A DNA stretch of 63,631 nucleotides, filler included, from Stramenopiles sp. TOSAG23-2 (taxonomy: Eukaryota): the NCBI GenBank assembly GCA_900128395.1. It is 20 parts of 20 records of this genome, joined end to end, with 100 filler letters (N's around TTAATTAATTAA, not from the genome) between each part and the next. Parts side by side here need not be neighbours in the genome. Positions count along the whole stretch, not along the records: positions 46,200 to 49,377 come from LT651333.1; positions 49,478 to 52,654 come from LT651334.1; positions 52,755 to 55,929 come from LT651335.1; positions 56,030 to 59,204 come from LT651336.1; positions 59,305 to 62,478 come from LT651337.1; 15 more parts are not named here. One strand, 5' to 3'. Position numbers and translations under genes: made by a program. The notes below the pieces were generated by a model, which worked only from the letters and a program-made list of their open reading frames with translations, had not been told where the DNA came from and did not search any database. Of this stretch, positions 46,321 through 59,324 are shown piece after piece (position 1 is the first letter of the stretch; each line of letters starts with the position of its first letter).

Positions 46321-49300
46321 TTACAGAAGATCCACGCTACGTACGCTTGGTGTTTCCGATAATTTATGCCTGCGACGAGAAGTACTATTTTTCCCTTGCG
46401 ACCAATTAATTCTACCATCACGGCGTTCTTTTGCTGCACCCCATACCGTATTTCTACTTTGCTTCTGATGTTTGCACTTTAGTAAATGGCTGGATAAATC
46501 TTGTTTCTTCGTAGAACATTTACAAAAAGGGCATTGTGCCATTTTGACAGCGCTACCAGTGGTTGAAGGTCTTTCATTGTTACTATCGTTATACTTTTTA
46601 CGTTCACCTGTACTTTTATTTCTGCTTCCAGCCCTATCACTTGGCGATAAGTACATGCTATCTCTGGTATCTATGCCACCACCAACATTGCTATCTTCAT
46701 CCCCATCTCCATTTCTAGTACGGCGAATACGCGGCGGTTGAGGAACCGAATATGATGACGTTCCTGAAGATCGATTTTGCCTGTACGGAGTTCCTTTTGT
46801 CCTCTTTGCAACAGCATCATATTGATAACGTTTTTCTCCAAAAATTCTTTGACAAACACGTTCATGGACTTCTAAGCGACTTTCGGCAAATGTGCGACCA
46901 CAATGTGTGCAAGGGTACAAAGTTACTTCACCAGGACTGCTATTTGATTTAGATTCTTCGCTTTCATTATCTGAAGATCTATTTATCTCATGTATGGGGG
47001 TTCTATAACCAGGCGTTGTTGATGGACGGATAGTATTTTTGGATGGAGTTACAATGTGATCTGGTCCCCATTTAATGGTATTATTTTCAGTTTTTGACTC
47101 AAACCGACCATCTGTTCCAATTGTTGATGTAGAATGATGATTTTGCTGATTCTCGCTATTATTTGTACGATTGTTGATATCTTTTTGACGGCTGGGGCTA
47201 GCATTAATATAAGTAGAAAGGCATTCACATCCTTGTAAATGCGCGATGAAAAATTTTCTTTCAACATGATCTCCACAATATGGACAATGTAAGTTGCGTA
47301 CAGTGCTTGGACTAGCTGATAATAATACCATTGCTGCTTGTTTAATGGCAAACATTCTCCCTGTCAATACCGCAGACGGCGAAATTTTAGACCTTGGATC
47401 ATCAAACAAGATGTTAGCATTATCATTTGTTTTATTCGAAGCAAAACTATTATCAGTACTATTATGATCACGTGTAGAGCTGAAGTGCAATTTTCGTGAT
47501 GGATCTGTAGTAAGCGGTGTCTCCTGGTCGCTTCTTCTACCAGGGGTTCGATGATTGGAGTTATCACTTTTTGAAACATATTTCTCCTTGTTAAGATTTC
47601 TATTTTTTTCATTCTTTGCTGATATTTCGTGTACTTTAAACAAATCTTCCTTTCCACTAACTTTTTGCGATGGAATGGTTTGCTCCAGTTCCGGGAAATC
47701 TTTAAGATTAACAATTATACCATTTTCTGGTCTAAACCATTGCGTCTTTCGCGTTTTACGATGGTAGAAATAGAGTTTACCAGCCTCAGAACGTGCAACT
47801 TTCCATTCTTGGTCACGTTTTGAGCCACCATTTTTCGTTACATTGGAATGTTTATTCGATGATGCTGGTTGTTTGATAGCGGAGATAATTTTAGGATTTT
47901 CTCCTCGGTCCAAGTAGGATGATTCATTGTTGCCATGATCTTCTTCTTCAGCTTTTTTCACGTCATTTATAATATTCATGACATTATCATCCTCCTTTTC
48001 TTCCTCTTTGGAATTGCCGTGTTTTGTGCCTCGTTTACTCTTGTTTCGATGGTCAGTGCTTTCATTATCTTCATTCTCACTGTCTTCATCATTCGAAAGT
48101 TCCGAGTCTTTCATATCGGAACGCCACATAGGCTTTGAAGTTTGCAATTCACTATTATCCTCCTCTTCGCAATCATCATTATATTCTACTTTCCTTTCAT
48201 CAACTGTAGTTTTCCCTCCTTCGTGCTCCCCGTCATTGGTATTATTATGTGTGGAAGAGTTCTCTGACGATATATCACTTGCCACATATTCATGCATGGC
48301 ATCTCTGATTCTAGTCCTGCGGCGACGTACCGGTTTATTTTCCTTTCCTTCACTTGCTTCTAACTCTAATTTCAATTTTTGACGATTGTGAGATGATGGA
48401 ATTGGACTTCTCTCCCCCACTATTGATGTTGACGGTGTTGAAATGGTATTTTTAGTACGTTGTGTTTTTTTCCGTTTTTGTAATGATCCAAGCATTTGTT
48501 TCATTTTGCTTTTATCATTTACAGGCATGTTGGAATAAGTATTGCTAGTAGGCGTATCAGTTAAGGCATCAATTTTAGGAAATAAAATTTTCGATCCAGG
48601 TGTCGGTCCATTTGCATCCATTTTCATATTCTTGGAAGACTACCATGTTGCTTGTTTTCGGAAATAATATTAATATCAGTTTGGGAATGATCTTTAACTT
48701 TACCTTCGTCATCCCCCCACACTACTCCTTCATCCATAATGCCTTTAGTATCATCAACTAAGCTATTGTTAGCGTCATCCCTTTCTCTCAGAATATCGAC
48801 ACTGGCTTTGACTGGAAGAGGCGAGACAGCCACTTTAAAGGGATGACGGTCATCTTTTGTCAACACGATATCATTGTCACGTTCGCTACTGCCAGAACCA
48901 ATCTCAACTTCACTATCCTTGTCTACTTCTTCGGTATAAATCATACTTGGGCTGTCATCGTTTCCTAATAGATTCAAAGCACTATTTTCCCTACTGCGTC
49001 TTCTTATCAACGAATCACTTAAATCTTGTAGTAATTCAGCATCGTCTGCTAGAGATCGTCGTTTTGGTGAACGCGTTCTGGGTGGAGTTGAATATCTACC
49101 AGCGTCAAAATGTGGGGTCGTTGGTTTTTTTGTACCTTTTTCAAATGACTCGTGTGCATATCGTTGCACCGGCGTTTGTACACGCTGTTGGACATTTGTG
49201 TTCTTACTAATATCCTCAAACAATTCTACTTCAATGTTCCTCGACTTTGCATCTTCTTCCCGCTTTTTCACTTCACGTCGTCTTAAAAGCCTTAAATTCT

Positions 49301-49343
49301 TTTTCCACGGCGCAGGTTCAGGCAGCTCAGGTGATTCTGCCAT
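46321..49343 (-). CDS. WW-domain + C2HC zinc-finger protein, probably one gene split by a frameshift or intron near 48625
   Basis: WW domain WKVARSEAGKLYFYHRKTRKTQWFRP. Zinc fingers CPYCG..HLQGC, CTHCGRTFAESRLEVHERVC and CPFC..HLLKC. ORFs 48624-49343 and 46321-48627 overlap by ATGA. Confidence 0.7.
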
Positions 49344-49477
49344 ATTTGTTTTTTTGACTATGTACTCGATACTAATANNNNNNNNNNNNNNNNNNNNNNN
49401 NNNNNNNNNNNNNNNNNNNNNTTAATTAATTAANNNNNNNNNNNNNNNNNNNNNNNNNNNNNNNNNNNNNNNNNNNN

Positions 49478-52007
49478 AATTTGCACATTGGCTTGGATCA
49501 ATAGTAAGGACATCATGGCCATGGGTTTATTATGGGGGCAGATGACAGAAGAGGAAAAGAAGCCTTATGTAGATGAAGCGAGTGCTTTGAGAGAAGAATA
49601 TAACATTCGCAAGTTAGAATTTGAAAATGGTCCGTTGGCAGAGTTTAGAGAGAATGTGAGGAAGAAGAAGGAAAAAGAACTTGCTGCTGAAGATGAAATT
49701 AAGCGTGCCAAAGAAGAATCACGTGTTGCTGCAATTGTGGAAGAGAGTAGTAGATGTGATAAACATGGTCTGCGAAGTTCAGCCCTCGCTGGACTACCAA
49801 CATGGGCAAAAAAATACGCGTCTAAATGCCTTGCATTTGTTGAGTATGAAAAGCGTAAATTGCCATCTATGTTGATGAACCAAGCTATCTATGCACCGAC
49901 GTCAATTGAAGAAGCAGAAGCTGAAGCAAAAGGTATTGCGGATCAACGGGAGAAAAATCTTGTTATATCGATGGACAAAGTTCGCCATGCATTGCGTCAG
50001 CAATGGTCATCAGAAGGCGTGTCAGCAAAGTTACCTGATTCTATTGATGGAATCGTCCCTGATGCCATTCTTGAAAATAATATTATGGAATGCAGTGCCG
50101 CGCCTGTTTATGTTTTAGATAATGACGCCGTAAGTGGTATGCTTTGGAACGACTATGGGTCAATTGCTGCTAAAACATTTGATATGCTTAAAAAAATATA
50201 TTCATATACATTGGATAAAGCGAATGAATTAATCTCCATTCACAATGACGCATTAATGGAACTTGATGAACCTGATTACATAAGCGATTTTAGTTGCGAC
50301 AGCAGCGATTCAGATGATAGCAATAGTAGTGAGGATTCTGATGAAGAAGAAGAGGAGGAGGAGGAGGAGCGAAAGAAGAAAAAGATTAAGGATCCAAATG
50401 CACCAAAAAGGCCATTGTCTTCGTATTTTTTATTTTTAAATGACAACCGTGTTAAATATAAAGAAAAATTCCCAGAATGTTCAAACTGCGAGCTGATCAA
50501 AGCACTTGGCGAGGCATGGAGCTCGCTGAATCCGGATGAAAAAGTCAAATACGATGAAAAAGCTAAAGTATTGAGACAAGAATATGTGGTCAAAAAGGAA
50601 AAATATGATATAGAAAAGGCAGAGGAAGATAGGAAAAAAATGGAAATTGAACGTGAAGAGCAAAAAAAACAAATGGAACTGGCAAAGATAGCAGAAGCAG
50701 AATTACAAAGGAAAGCAGAGGAAAAAAGGAAACTATTAGAAAAGCTTCTCCCGGCTCGTGTTTTTAAAATCTTGAAACGGATTGAAGAATTGGTTCAAAC
50801 AGTAGCATGGACGTTAAAAGATGCCAGGCGTGCTTTGACATGTTTAAGAGACGAAATACGTACCTTATCATTAATCGATAAAAAATTTTCATGGGAACAT
50901 TTATCTTTATGTGACTTAATTACCATGTATTTACACACGGAAACATTTTTCACATTGCATTCCTACCGCAGAACAAGATCAAGATGTATGCATATACCAA
51001 TGGCTGATGTACCAGGAACGAAGGATGGCAATTTGTCAAATCTTCCAGTTCCGTACGAACCGTATTTTGAAACAACAGTAGAATATGACGAGCATTACAT
51101 CCACAAAGAGCTACTGTATTGGTATGACCAAGGTAACAACTTGCAAATGCCTGCTGACTTATATGGTTGTGTACGCTTACCAAGTATTGAATGTTGCTTC
51201 CGAAACGTTGATTGCTCTGGTGAAGTAAGTGAGGAGAATAAAATGTCTATGTATAACAAAATAAAAAGGAAAAATCTGATCAAATATTTCGAGGAGAAAC
51301 GCGTTGACAAGCCGTGGCCGAAAGACTGTGAAGACACATTTCCGGATATTTTATCAAAAAGTATGTACCAGCATGTTTATGGTAGTCCACTTTTTGATGA
51401 ATTGTTGAAAGATGTTGGAGATGATCAAAATAGCGTACCAAGAACTATAAGAGATTTAAGGTCTTTATCACTTGGGAATAAATATAAACCATTGTTTAAG
51501 ACGGAAAAAGTCTTGGCTTCGTTGCAACCGGTTGTTGAACCAACGGAAGAAAATTGGATACAATGTGAAAATCCTGACTGTTTAAAATGGAGGCGGGTTC
51601 CAACCACTGTGGACGTTAATAAAGTTAAATCTCCATGGGTATGTAAAGATAATATTTGGAACCCTGATGTTGCTAATTGCTCAATTCCAGAAGAGTCCTA
51701 TGATAAAAGCACAGTATATGCATATGAAGTGGAGGACATTGCAGGTGCTATTGGTGAATATGTTGATGGCTTTTGCCAATTAGATAGTGTGTGGCATGTG
51801 TGTAAAATTGTTGATATTAGGGAAGTCGACTTGGAAAAACAATATCTTTTGCATTATAGTGGATGGCAAAGCAAATACGATGAATGGGTAAAAGGTAATT
51901 CAAAATTTATCAAACCACTATCTACTCACACGACAAAGGAACAGGCAGCAAGGTGGATAAGAAAAAAAAAAAGAAAGTTGTGGAAGAAGAAGAAGATTGA
52001 AGAATAA
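49478..52007 (+). CDS. ATXR3/SDG2-like histone methyltransferase C-terminal region with HMG boxes, zf-CW and Tudor-knot (5'-truncated; SET domain not in window)
   Basis: SDG2-like segments AEAEAKG...NLVISMDKVRHAL, DLITMYLHTETFF, GCVRLP, KPWP and YGSPLFD. HMG box KDPNAPKRPLSSYFLF. CW finger WIQCENPDCLKWR. Tudor-knot YLLHYSGWQSKYDEWV. Confidence 0.78.
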
Positions 52008-52754
52008 TGAAAAGAAACTTTAATGTCGCATGTCTATTAATACCCACTGTGATATAATATATATCGTTATATTGTGTGTAAAATTTATTTGTAATTTTTA
52101 TATTTATTATTTTTATAAAATGTAGTATATTCTAGCTGGCTAGGTAATGACGAGAAAGGAGAAAGGTACTAAATTTTTGAGTGCCTAATTTGACTGTTTC
52201 CTTAAAACATACTACAGCTAATACTATTTTTTTGTTCCGACATCCAAATTCCAAAAATGACATCACTGATTTTAGTAAAATTTTAATAGAAAAATATCCC
52301 AATGAAAAACCAATGATATTACTATTTAAATGACGAAAACGACAAATAACTTGAAAGATTAAATTATTTAATCTGATAATGTCGGTGGTCAGCAGTGGAC
52401 CAGCGGAGTGGAGCCGTGCAGCATACACTGTAAGCTGGTAAGCAGTGGTCATCTGGACACTTAATCTTCCTTCCCCACATCAAGAGGACCCCACATACAT
52501 AGTGCTATAATGAAATTATCCCCTACATTAGTTGTTACGTCACAAGAGTCCTCATTTTAAGGATTATTAACATAAAGTGGTTTAAATTGTTTCTAGTATA
52601 AATAATAATACTGTTAAAGTATTAAACTTGACCTATCTATATGACTAGTGGAGGNNNNNNNNNNNNNNNNNNNNNNNNNNNNNNNNNNNNNNNNNNNNTT
52701 AATTAATTAANNNNNNNNNNNNNNNNNNNNNNNNNNNNNNNNNNNNNNNNNNNN

Positions 52755-55700
52755 TGTTAATGGATTTATGGACCATAGTTTCACATCGGCAATGTCATCA
52801 TTTATTATATTAATGGTGAGCCCTTTTGATATTCCAGAATATTTGCCATCTTGTGTAACGGTCGTAAAATCTAAGGAACATCCCGCAGCGATGTCTTTTC
52901 CTTCATCAATATAATTTCCACCAACTCGTACCGTGATTTGTCTTATATCATCGTCATCGGGAGCAAATGTTATTGTTAATGGTGTTACTGTACAATTTAA
53001 AGTGGAATTTTTTGACTGCACTGAAATATCTACCGTCACATCATTTGTTCGTATAATTCCTTTCGAAAGACTTATGCTGTATGTATGTGCATTGCCTTCA
53101 ATCACATTTTGGATTTGTCCATCTGTAACACCTAAAATATCGCCCTTTTCGCCAGCATATTCTACCGTCACATCAAAATCTTCATGAGTTGTGCTAGCAG
53201 CATATTTAAAATCATCACTAGTTGTAAACAATGTTACAGAAACAGCTTGTGTGCTGCCAAGGCCAGCTATAGCACTAAATTCAAAATATAATTCCAGTTC
53301 TTTCCATTCTTCTGTATTAATGGTTATCATTTCCGGGTTTACTGAGACGTAATCTCCCTTGTCTTTTTCAATCTGAACTTCGATCGTCACATCTGCCACA
53401 GGCTGAGAGGTTAAACCTGTGATTTTAATACTTTTTGAATTGCCATTTTCAACTAAATTTAAATCACTTTCCACTTTTTCCCATGTAATACCAACTTGGT
53501 CATTGTCATCAAAGTCTATTACTGCTTGAATATCACTTGTACTTGTAATTGCATTCATTTTATTCTGGAACACTGTGTCTGAAGTAGTTATAGTATGGAC
53601 AACGGTAAAACGTGCTAAATCATGATCAATATCATCGTTTGCGGCTGTAATGGTTACTTGTCGGTATGCATCCCAATTGCTAGGTGTAAATGTTAATGGG
53701 TTTGGTTGCATCGTTATAATAGGAACTGGAGATGGATGGGCTAAGCGTTTTGATATTGTGCAATCCGTAGCATCTCCAGTTATAATGCTACTACTTGCTG
53801 CTCTATCAACTAATGTAATAGCATTGTCTGAAATTCCAGAAATTTTAAAAAAGCCATTATTATCAGAGCTTACACTACAATCAGCAATTTCCACAACATC
53901 TCCAACGCTGTAAAACGATGAAATTCTATCCTGTTGCACTTCTTCGGTATAGTATACACCGGATTCATCAGCTCTGGTGATAATAATTTCGTTCTTTGAA
54001 ACAGCAGCGTTATCTAAGGTGTTCGTAATACTAATAACAACATCATGTGTAGGTTCAGTTTCTAATTTAATATCATATGTGATAGACCCACTTTCCTGAA
54101 CATAAAATGCTAAAAATTTGACGGGATACGATTGATCGTACCATAAGTTTACATCTGCATTATCATCGTTTTTAACATTTATCGTGATGGTTACATCTGG
54201 TATATCAGCACTGTAAATGGAATCTGTTGTTGATTTAATTGTATGTGTTATTCTACATGTTGCTATTGTTTTATCACTACCTTCATCGATATTGTTATCA
54301 ATTGTTGTTATGTTTATGTCTATAGGTTCAGTATCGCCCGTAGCAAATGTATGCGATGTATGCGATGTATTACACGCTGCATTGTTAGAAGATATTCCTA
54401 CTATAACATCTGCATTTCTAGTAACACCAGGATCTAAATTTAACTGGTAAGTTGTGCCCCCTCCTTCAGGAACTTCCGTTACAGGAACTGTAACTATTAT
54501 TGCACCTTGATCTTCGCTTCCATAGCAATATGTTCTTGGTGGCGTGTTTTGATTGCCAGCGGTAAGCACAACGTCCATGCATGTACTTTTAGCACCAGCA
54601 ACTGTATATGAACAATCGATTTTACTGTACACTGCTCTAGATATTTTACAACCAGTAGCAACAGTACCAGTTACAATATTTGCATTTGTTTTTTCCTCAA
54701 CTAAAGTAATAATATCATCATTTGTTGAAATGGTTGAAATTTTAAAATCGCCATTGTTCTGCAGACTTCCAGAATCGCTACAATCAGAAATATTTATTAT
54801 ATCATTCACTGTTAACGATGAACTATCGCTTAATGTGTACACGCCAGCACTTGTTATACTATCAATTGTTATAGCATCATTGGCAATCGCAGTAGTAGAA
54901 GAATACATATTTAAATCAGTACAACTTGTCCCACCGCATTCACTTGCACCTTCTGCTGCAATAATAATACTTAAATCATTTAAATTACCAAAAGTTCCAA
55001 CTTCATCTGCTTCGATGTATAAACGACCAGATTGGGAACCTGCTAATGGTGGAATTTGTGGCACGGATGTAATGTTTGGAGTTGTGTATGAAAACTTGCC
55101 AGTGGTAGTCGCGTATTTTGAAGACACGCCATTTATTGCTATTTTTACAGGAATGTCCTTTCCGACACCAACTGGGGATATAGCTTCAAAACTTGCGGAA
55201 TCAATAAAATTGATTTCAGACCATATATATTGATTTGATGTTACAACAAAATTTGACGTTTCAATTGTACATCCGGTTTTATCTGCACCTGTTACTATTG
55301 CTGCATATGTATCTTTATTTACTAAGGTGATGTCATTTCCAGATATACTAAAAATTCGGAAAACTCCATTGTTTTTTAAACTATCTTTATGAGAACAACT
55401 TGCAATGATAACAATATCATTCTCTGAATATTGATCAATACCAGTGCCATCAGGAGCACCATCACTTGTTGTATAAACTCCCGCGGTTGATATGGTAGAT
55501 ATTGTTACAACGCCAATTGGAACTTCATCCGATGTTGCTATGGTGCAACTAGATGCATCAGCATCCGTTGTAATTGGTTTTTCTGTAAATCTATCTACTA
55601 ACGTGATAGCATTTCCTGTAATATCGGAAATTTTAAAGTAGCCTTTGTTGTTTGTAGCAGTGCAACCATCAATAACAACGGCATCGTTCACGTTAAAACT

Positions 55701-55929
55701 AGCAATTGTGCCAGTACCACTTGCAGTAGTATAGACACCATTTGTATTGACTCCAGTGATTGTTATGATACCAGCTGCAACAGCAGTGGTTGGAATTTCA
55801 ATGTTTTTACTAGTAAATGAAATTAATTCACCGCCTTTAGTGATGCCTGTATACGATGTTAAACTTTCAATCTCAGGAGTCTTTGCACAACAAATGTATT
55901 GGCTAATTATACCCATGCACGTAGAGAGA
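52755..55929 (-). CDS. Fragment of a giant extracellular Thr/Asp-rich protein with IPT/TIG-like and Calx-beta/Ig-like repeats
   Basis: Open across the whole contig. SPVGVGKDIPVKIAING...FSYTTP is TIG-like. Repeated V.EG...Y...L...P..DV and IxDND units, and recurring NNGxFKI units. Confidence 0.75.
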
Positions 55930-56066
55930 NNNNNNNNNNNNNNNNNNNNNNNNNNNNNNNNNNNNNNNNNNNNTTAATTAATTAANNNNNNNNNNNNNNN
56001 NNNNNNNNNNNNNNNNNNNNNNNNNNNNNAAAGATTTAGAAGATGAGATGATTTTTTTTCGTTCGT

Positions 56067-56999
56067 TTAATATGTGGGATATTTTCACCTATACCATGTT
56101 CTTACAGCTGGATTATTGATTTGACCCCTGATAAAAATCAACAAGCAAAACGAATTGGTTTCACAACAGCATTTATTTTAGGAGGTCTGTTCTTTGGATC
56201 TATTGTCGCGGGTGTTGTAGGTGAATTTTTTGGCATAACAATTGCTATGATTATTCCGAGTGCAGCAGCTTTTATTAATTTATTTATTATAGCCATGTTC
56301 GTTCCAACGCCAGAAGGTGATTTGGCAAAGAAAGAAAAAGTACAAAAACCAAACCCAGGACCAGTGCTTAAAACACCAACATTTAAATCATTAGCATTGG
56401 TTAATGTTGGCATCGGTTCTATGTTGGGCCATTATACTGCAGTTGGAATGAATATGATGGTACGAAAGCATGGTTTGACACCAGCAGGACTTTCAGGTTT
56501 TAATGTTAGCACTATGTTTGTTATGATATTAGCAAATGCCAAATTCTTTCCCTGGGCATATCGTGTACTTGGTGCTGACAAAATGATACCAATGTTTATT
56601 ATGATTGCTGCTACAGGATTTACATGTGCATTCTTTGCAGAATTTAACCTTTGGGTTTTCTTTGCAGTTAGCCTACCTTCATTTCTATTTGGTGTCACAG
56701 TGATGCCATCGACACAAACCGTTGCAGCTGTGTTAACAAAAAAAATTGCTCCAGATGCAGTAGGAACTGTTCAAGGATTATCACGTATGACAGTGGAAAT
56801 TGGTAAATGTATTGGGCCAATTATTTCAATGACATTATATGGTAATGGTGATGGAAACTTTGTAGCTTATTTATGGGTAGGCATATTGTTATACATTGGC
56901 GCCATCATTTATTTTGCTTGTGGAAAAGATAAAACGCCAGAAGCATTTGATGAACCAATGAAAAAAGATGAACAAGATAAAAAAGAGGTAGGAATTTAA
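56067..56999 (+). CDS. MFS transporter, DHA1/TetA-like (5'-truncated)
   Basis: Upstream extension SWIIDLTPDKNQQAKRIGF, about eight TM helices, and GTVQGLSRMTVEIGKCIGP. Confidence 0.8.
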   Translation, partial: LICGIFSPIPCSYSWIIDLTPDKNQQAKRIGFTTAFILGGLFFGSIVAGVVGEFFGITIAMIIPSAAAFINLFIIAMFVPTPEGDLAKKEKVQKPNPGPVLKTPTFKSLALVNVGIGSMLGHYTAVGMNMMVRKHGLTPAGLSGFNVSTMFVMILANAKFFPWAYRVLGADKMIPMFIMIAATGFTCAFFAEFNLWVFFAVSLPSFLFGVTVMPSTQTVAAVLTKKIAPDAVGTVQGLSRMTVEIGKCIGPIISMTLYGNGDGNFVAYLWVGILLYIGAIIYFACGKDKTPEAFDEPMKKDEQDKKEVGI

Positions 57000-57526
57000 A
57001 AAGAGAATACTTTTGAAAACAAAATAAATTCGTCGTATCATACAAATAGTTATTATCTTAAAATAAATCTAGACTTATAAAAAGAGATAAGAAAAAAAAT
57101 TATGAAAATATATATATACTTTTTTAAATGTAATGAAATTGATGAGAAAAATATGTATGCGACCCACAAGAGAAAGCATGTAAAACACACACACATTTTT
57201 GATTTTATGATATTAGAAGAATATACGTGAAGTATGTTGAATTGTTAAAAAATGTACGCGAAGCGCATATTAAGTACTTCGTATTAAATAGAGCTGGAGA
57301 GAGCATACCAGCCAGGTATAAATATATAAAAAAAACGCAAAACTTTGTTTTAAAAAAAAAGGGGGGGAATTTTAAAAATTAAAAAATGTTCTCATTTGTG
57401 CAAATATGACAAATATTTTAATGTATTTTAAAACGCACGCGCCACAAATTTTTATTTCTTGTGTAGTAATGATCGTAAGAGATAATTTTTTTTACACACA
57501 CACACACAAGAACACACACGCACACG

Positions 57527-58700
57527 CTATTGTCTCTTCCATCTCAAAACGAAATACAAAATACTTGCTAAAAAGATATATCGAAATATTAACAACGCGT
57601 AAAAATCGTAAAGTATTGTTTGTCCTGTGTAATTACAAACCGCATCATTGGTTGAACTTGATATCTCACCAGCTGGTGTACAACCTAATTGTAAAAGCCA
57701 TGTTTCACCAGAAACTTCTGCGCACACTAACGCAGCTGTATCTGTCAATGCTACTTTTGGGTTAAAATAAAAACATTGTCCATTCATTTGCCCTATCAAT
57801 AAACTTTCCAAAGCAAAACCATATGGACTCACGTATCTGATCCATGAAAACAATGCCAATCCATCTTTCACAGTTTGATTATTTATCAATGCACCTGAAA
57901 ACATTAAAAAAAAAAGTAACACCAATACAGAAACAAAATTACCAGTTCGACTATCTTTAGTCATTGCACCTATAATTGTACATAACGTCGAGCTTACAGT
58001 GCCTGATAAATACAATGAAAATGTATATATTGGTAACGAACGAAAAAAAATCATCTCATCTTCTAAATCTTTCATCGACTGAAAATTGCTCTTTTTCAAA
58101 GCAGCTTCTTGATCTGCTGCACATGCCCCCAAACGCTCAAATGGTAAAGTAGAAGTGCTGCAATCATTTCCCGCTAAAACTGTTTGTGTGGTGACATTAT
58201 AAAAATCAGCTTCTGTCCAAACACGTCCATAATCAATTAAAGTATAGGATACATAAGAAAACAAGATACATGGTATTAATCGATACATGACATCATCAAA
58301 CACCGTTTTTGTAATCATGTATGATAATGTACCATGATAACCAGATGCACGATGCCGCAAAAACTGGGTGAGTCTTTCATTTTGAAACAAAGATACTGCT
58401 GATGTTCCCATCAAGCAAAAAAATGTCATCATAGTAAACAAGCTAAATAATCGATTCAATGCACACCTTGTAACACCTGTTTGAAGCGGTGGTTCATTGG
58501 ACACCGAGTTTGGGATGCAATCACATCCTACTCGATGGCATTTAATACAACTATCGCTATCGTCAACTTTAATATGATTTTTCCGACATTCATCTGCATT
58601 GACTTGGCCACAGTTTGTTGCATTGCATTGAATTTGTTTATTGCTGTTTTGTTAATATTATTGCAGTAGTAAGTAGGAATATTATGGAAACGTTTTGCAT
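57527..58700 (-). pseudogene. ABCG (ADP1-like) transporter remnant: frameshifted signal peptide, Cys-rich segment and TMD, no nucleotide-binding domain
   Basis: ABC2-membrane motifs LFQNERLTQFLRHRASGYH, LMFSGALIN and WIRYVSPYGFALESL. An in-frame upstream Cys-rich stretch (CNATNCGQ...CHRVGCDC) is present. MQNVSIIFLLTTAIIL lies in another frame at 58700. No Walker A. Confidence 0.55.
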
Positions 58701-59324
58701 ATTAAATTTTTTCATCGTGATAGTAAAATAAAATGATATCTGTTCCACACTTTTGAAATATTATAATAATGAATGAATGAATCAATTAATTAATTTGTCC
58801 TTTATCAATGTAGTATAATATCAATGTGAATGTTCTTATATATATGTATAGTACCCGTGTTTTTTTAACTGATGTGTGCATCTATGCCTAAAGTAAAAGG
58901 CATTTTGGTTTTCAATCTGAAGAAGAAAAAAAAGTTCTTAGAACAAAAACCTTAAATACATCGCATTTTTTCACAAAAACCAAAAACCCGAGTCTCTCTG
59001 CAAAAACTATTACCAAAGACAAAATGGTAACATTCGTATAATTTGCAAACCCTATCAAGTATTGTAGTCTTTTTGTGATAATTAACCTTAAGTCTTGGAG
59101 ATAGGGACCAAATTTGGTCCTTATCTCCACCTTTCCATTAACCCTACACAGCATTGACCGCCCAAAATATATTACGTTTTGCCATTCGTAAATTATTAAA
59201 ACTGNNNNNNNNNNNNNNNNNNNNNNNNNNNNNNNNNNNNNNNNNNNNTTAATTAATTAANNNNNNNNNNNNNNNNNNNNNNNNNNNNNNNNNNNNNNNN
59301 NNNNATATATATATACAGTGAATC

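Noticed and set aside
48624-48627. ATGA stop/start overlap suggesting prokaryotic translational coupling
   Set aside because: The context is eukaryotic and both ORFs are similarly low-complexity. A frameshift error or small intron is more parsimonious, though I could not define convincing splice sites.
52381-52500. GC-richer intergenic patch containing tgtaagctggtaagc, also seen at about 23656; considered as tRNA or ncRNA
   Set aside because: No cloverleaf or T-loop consensus, and two short matches are too little to call an element.
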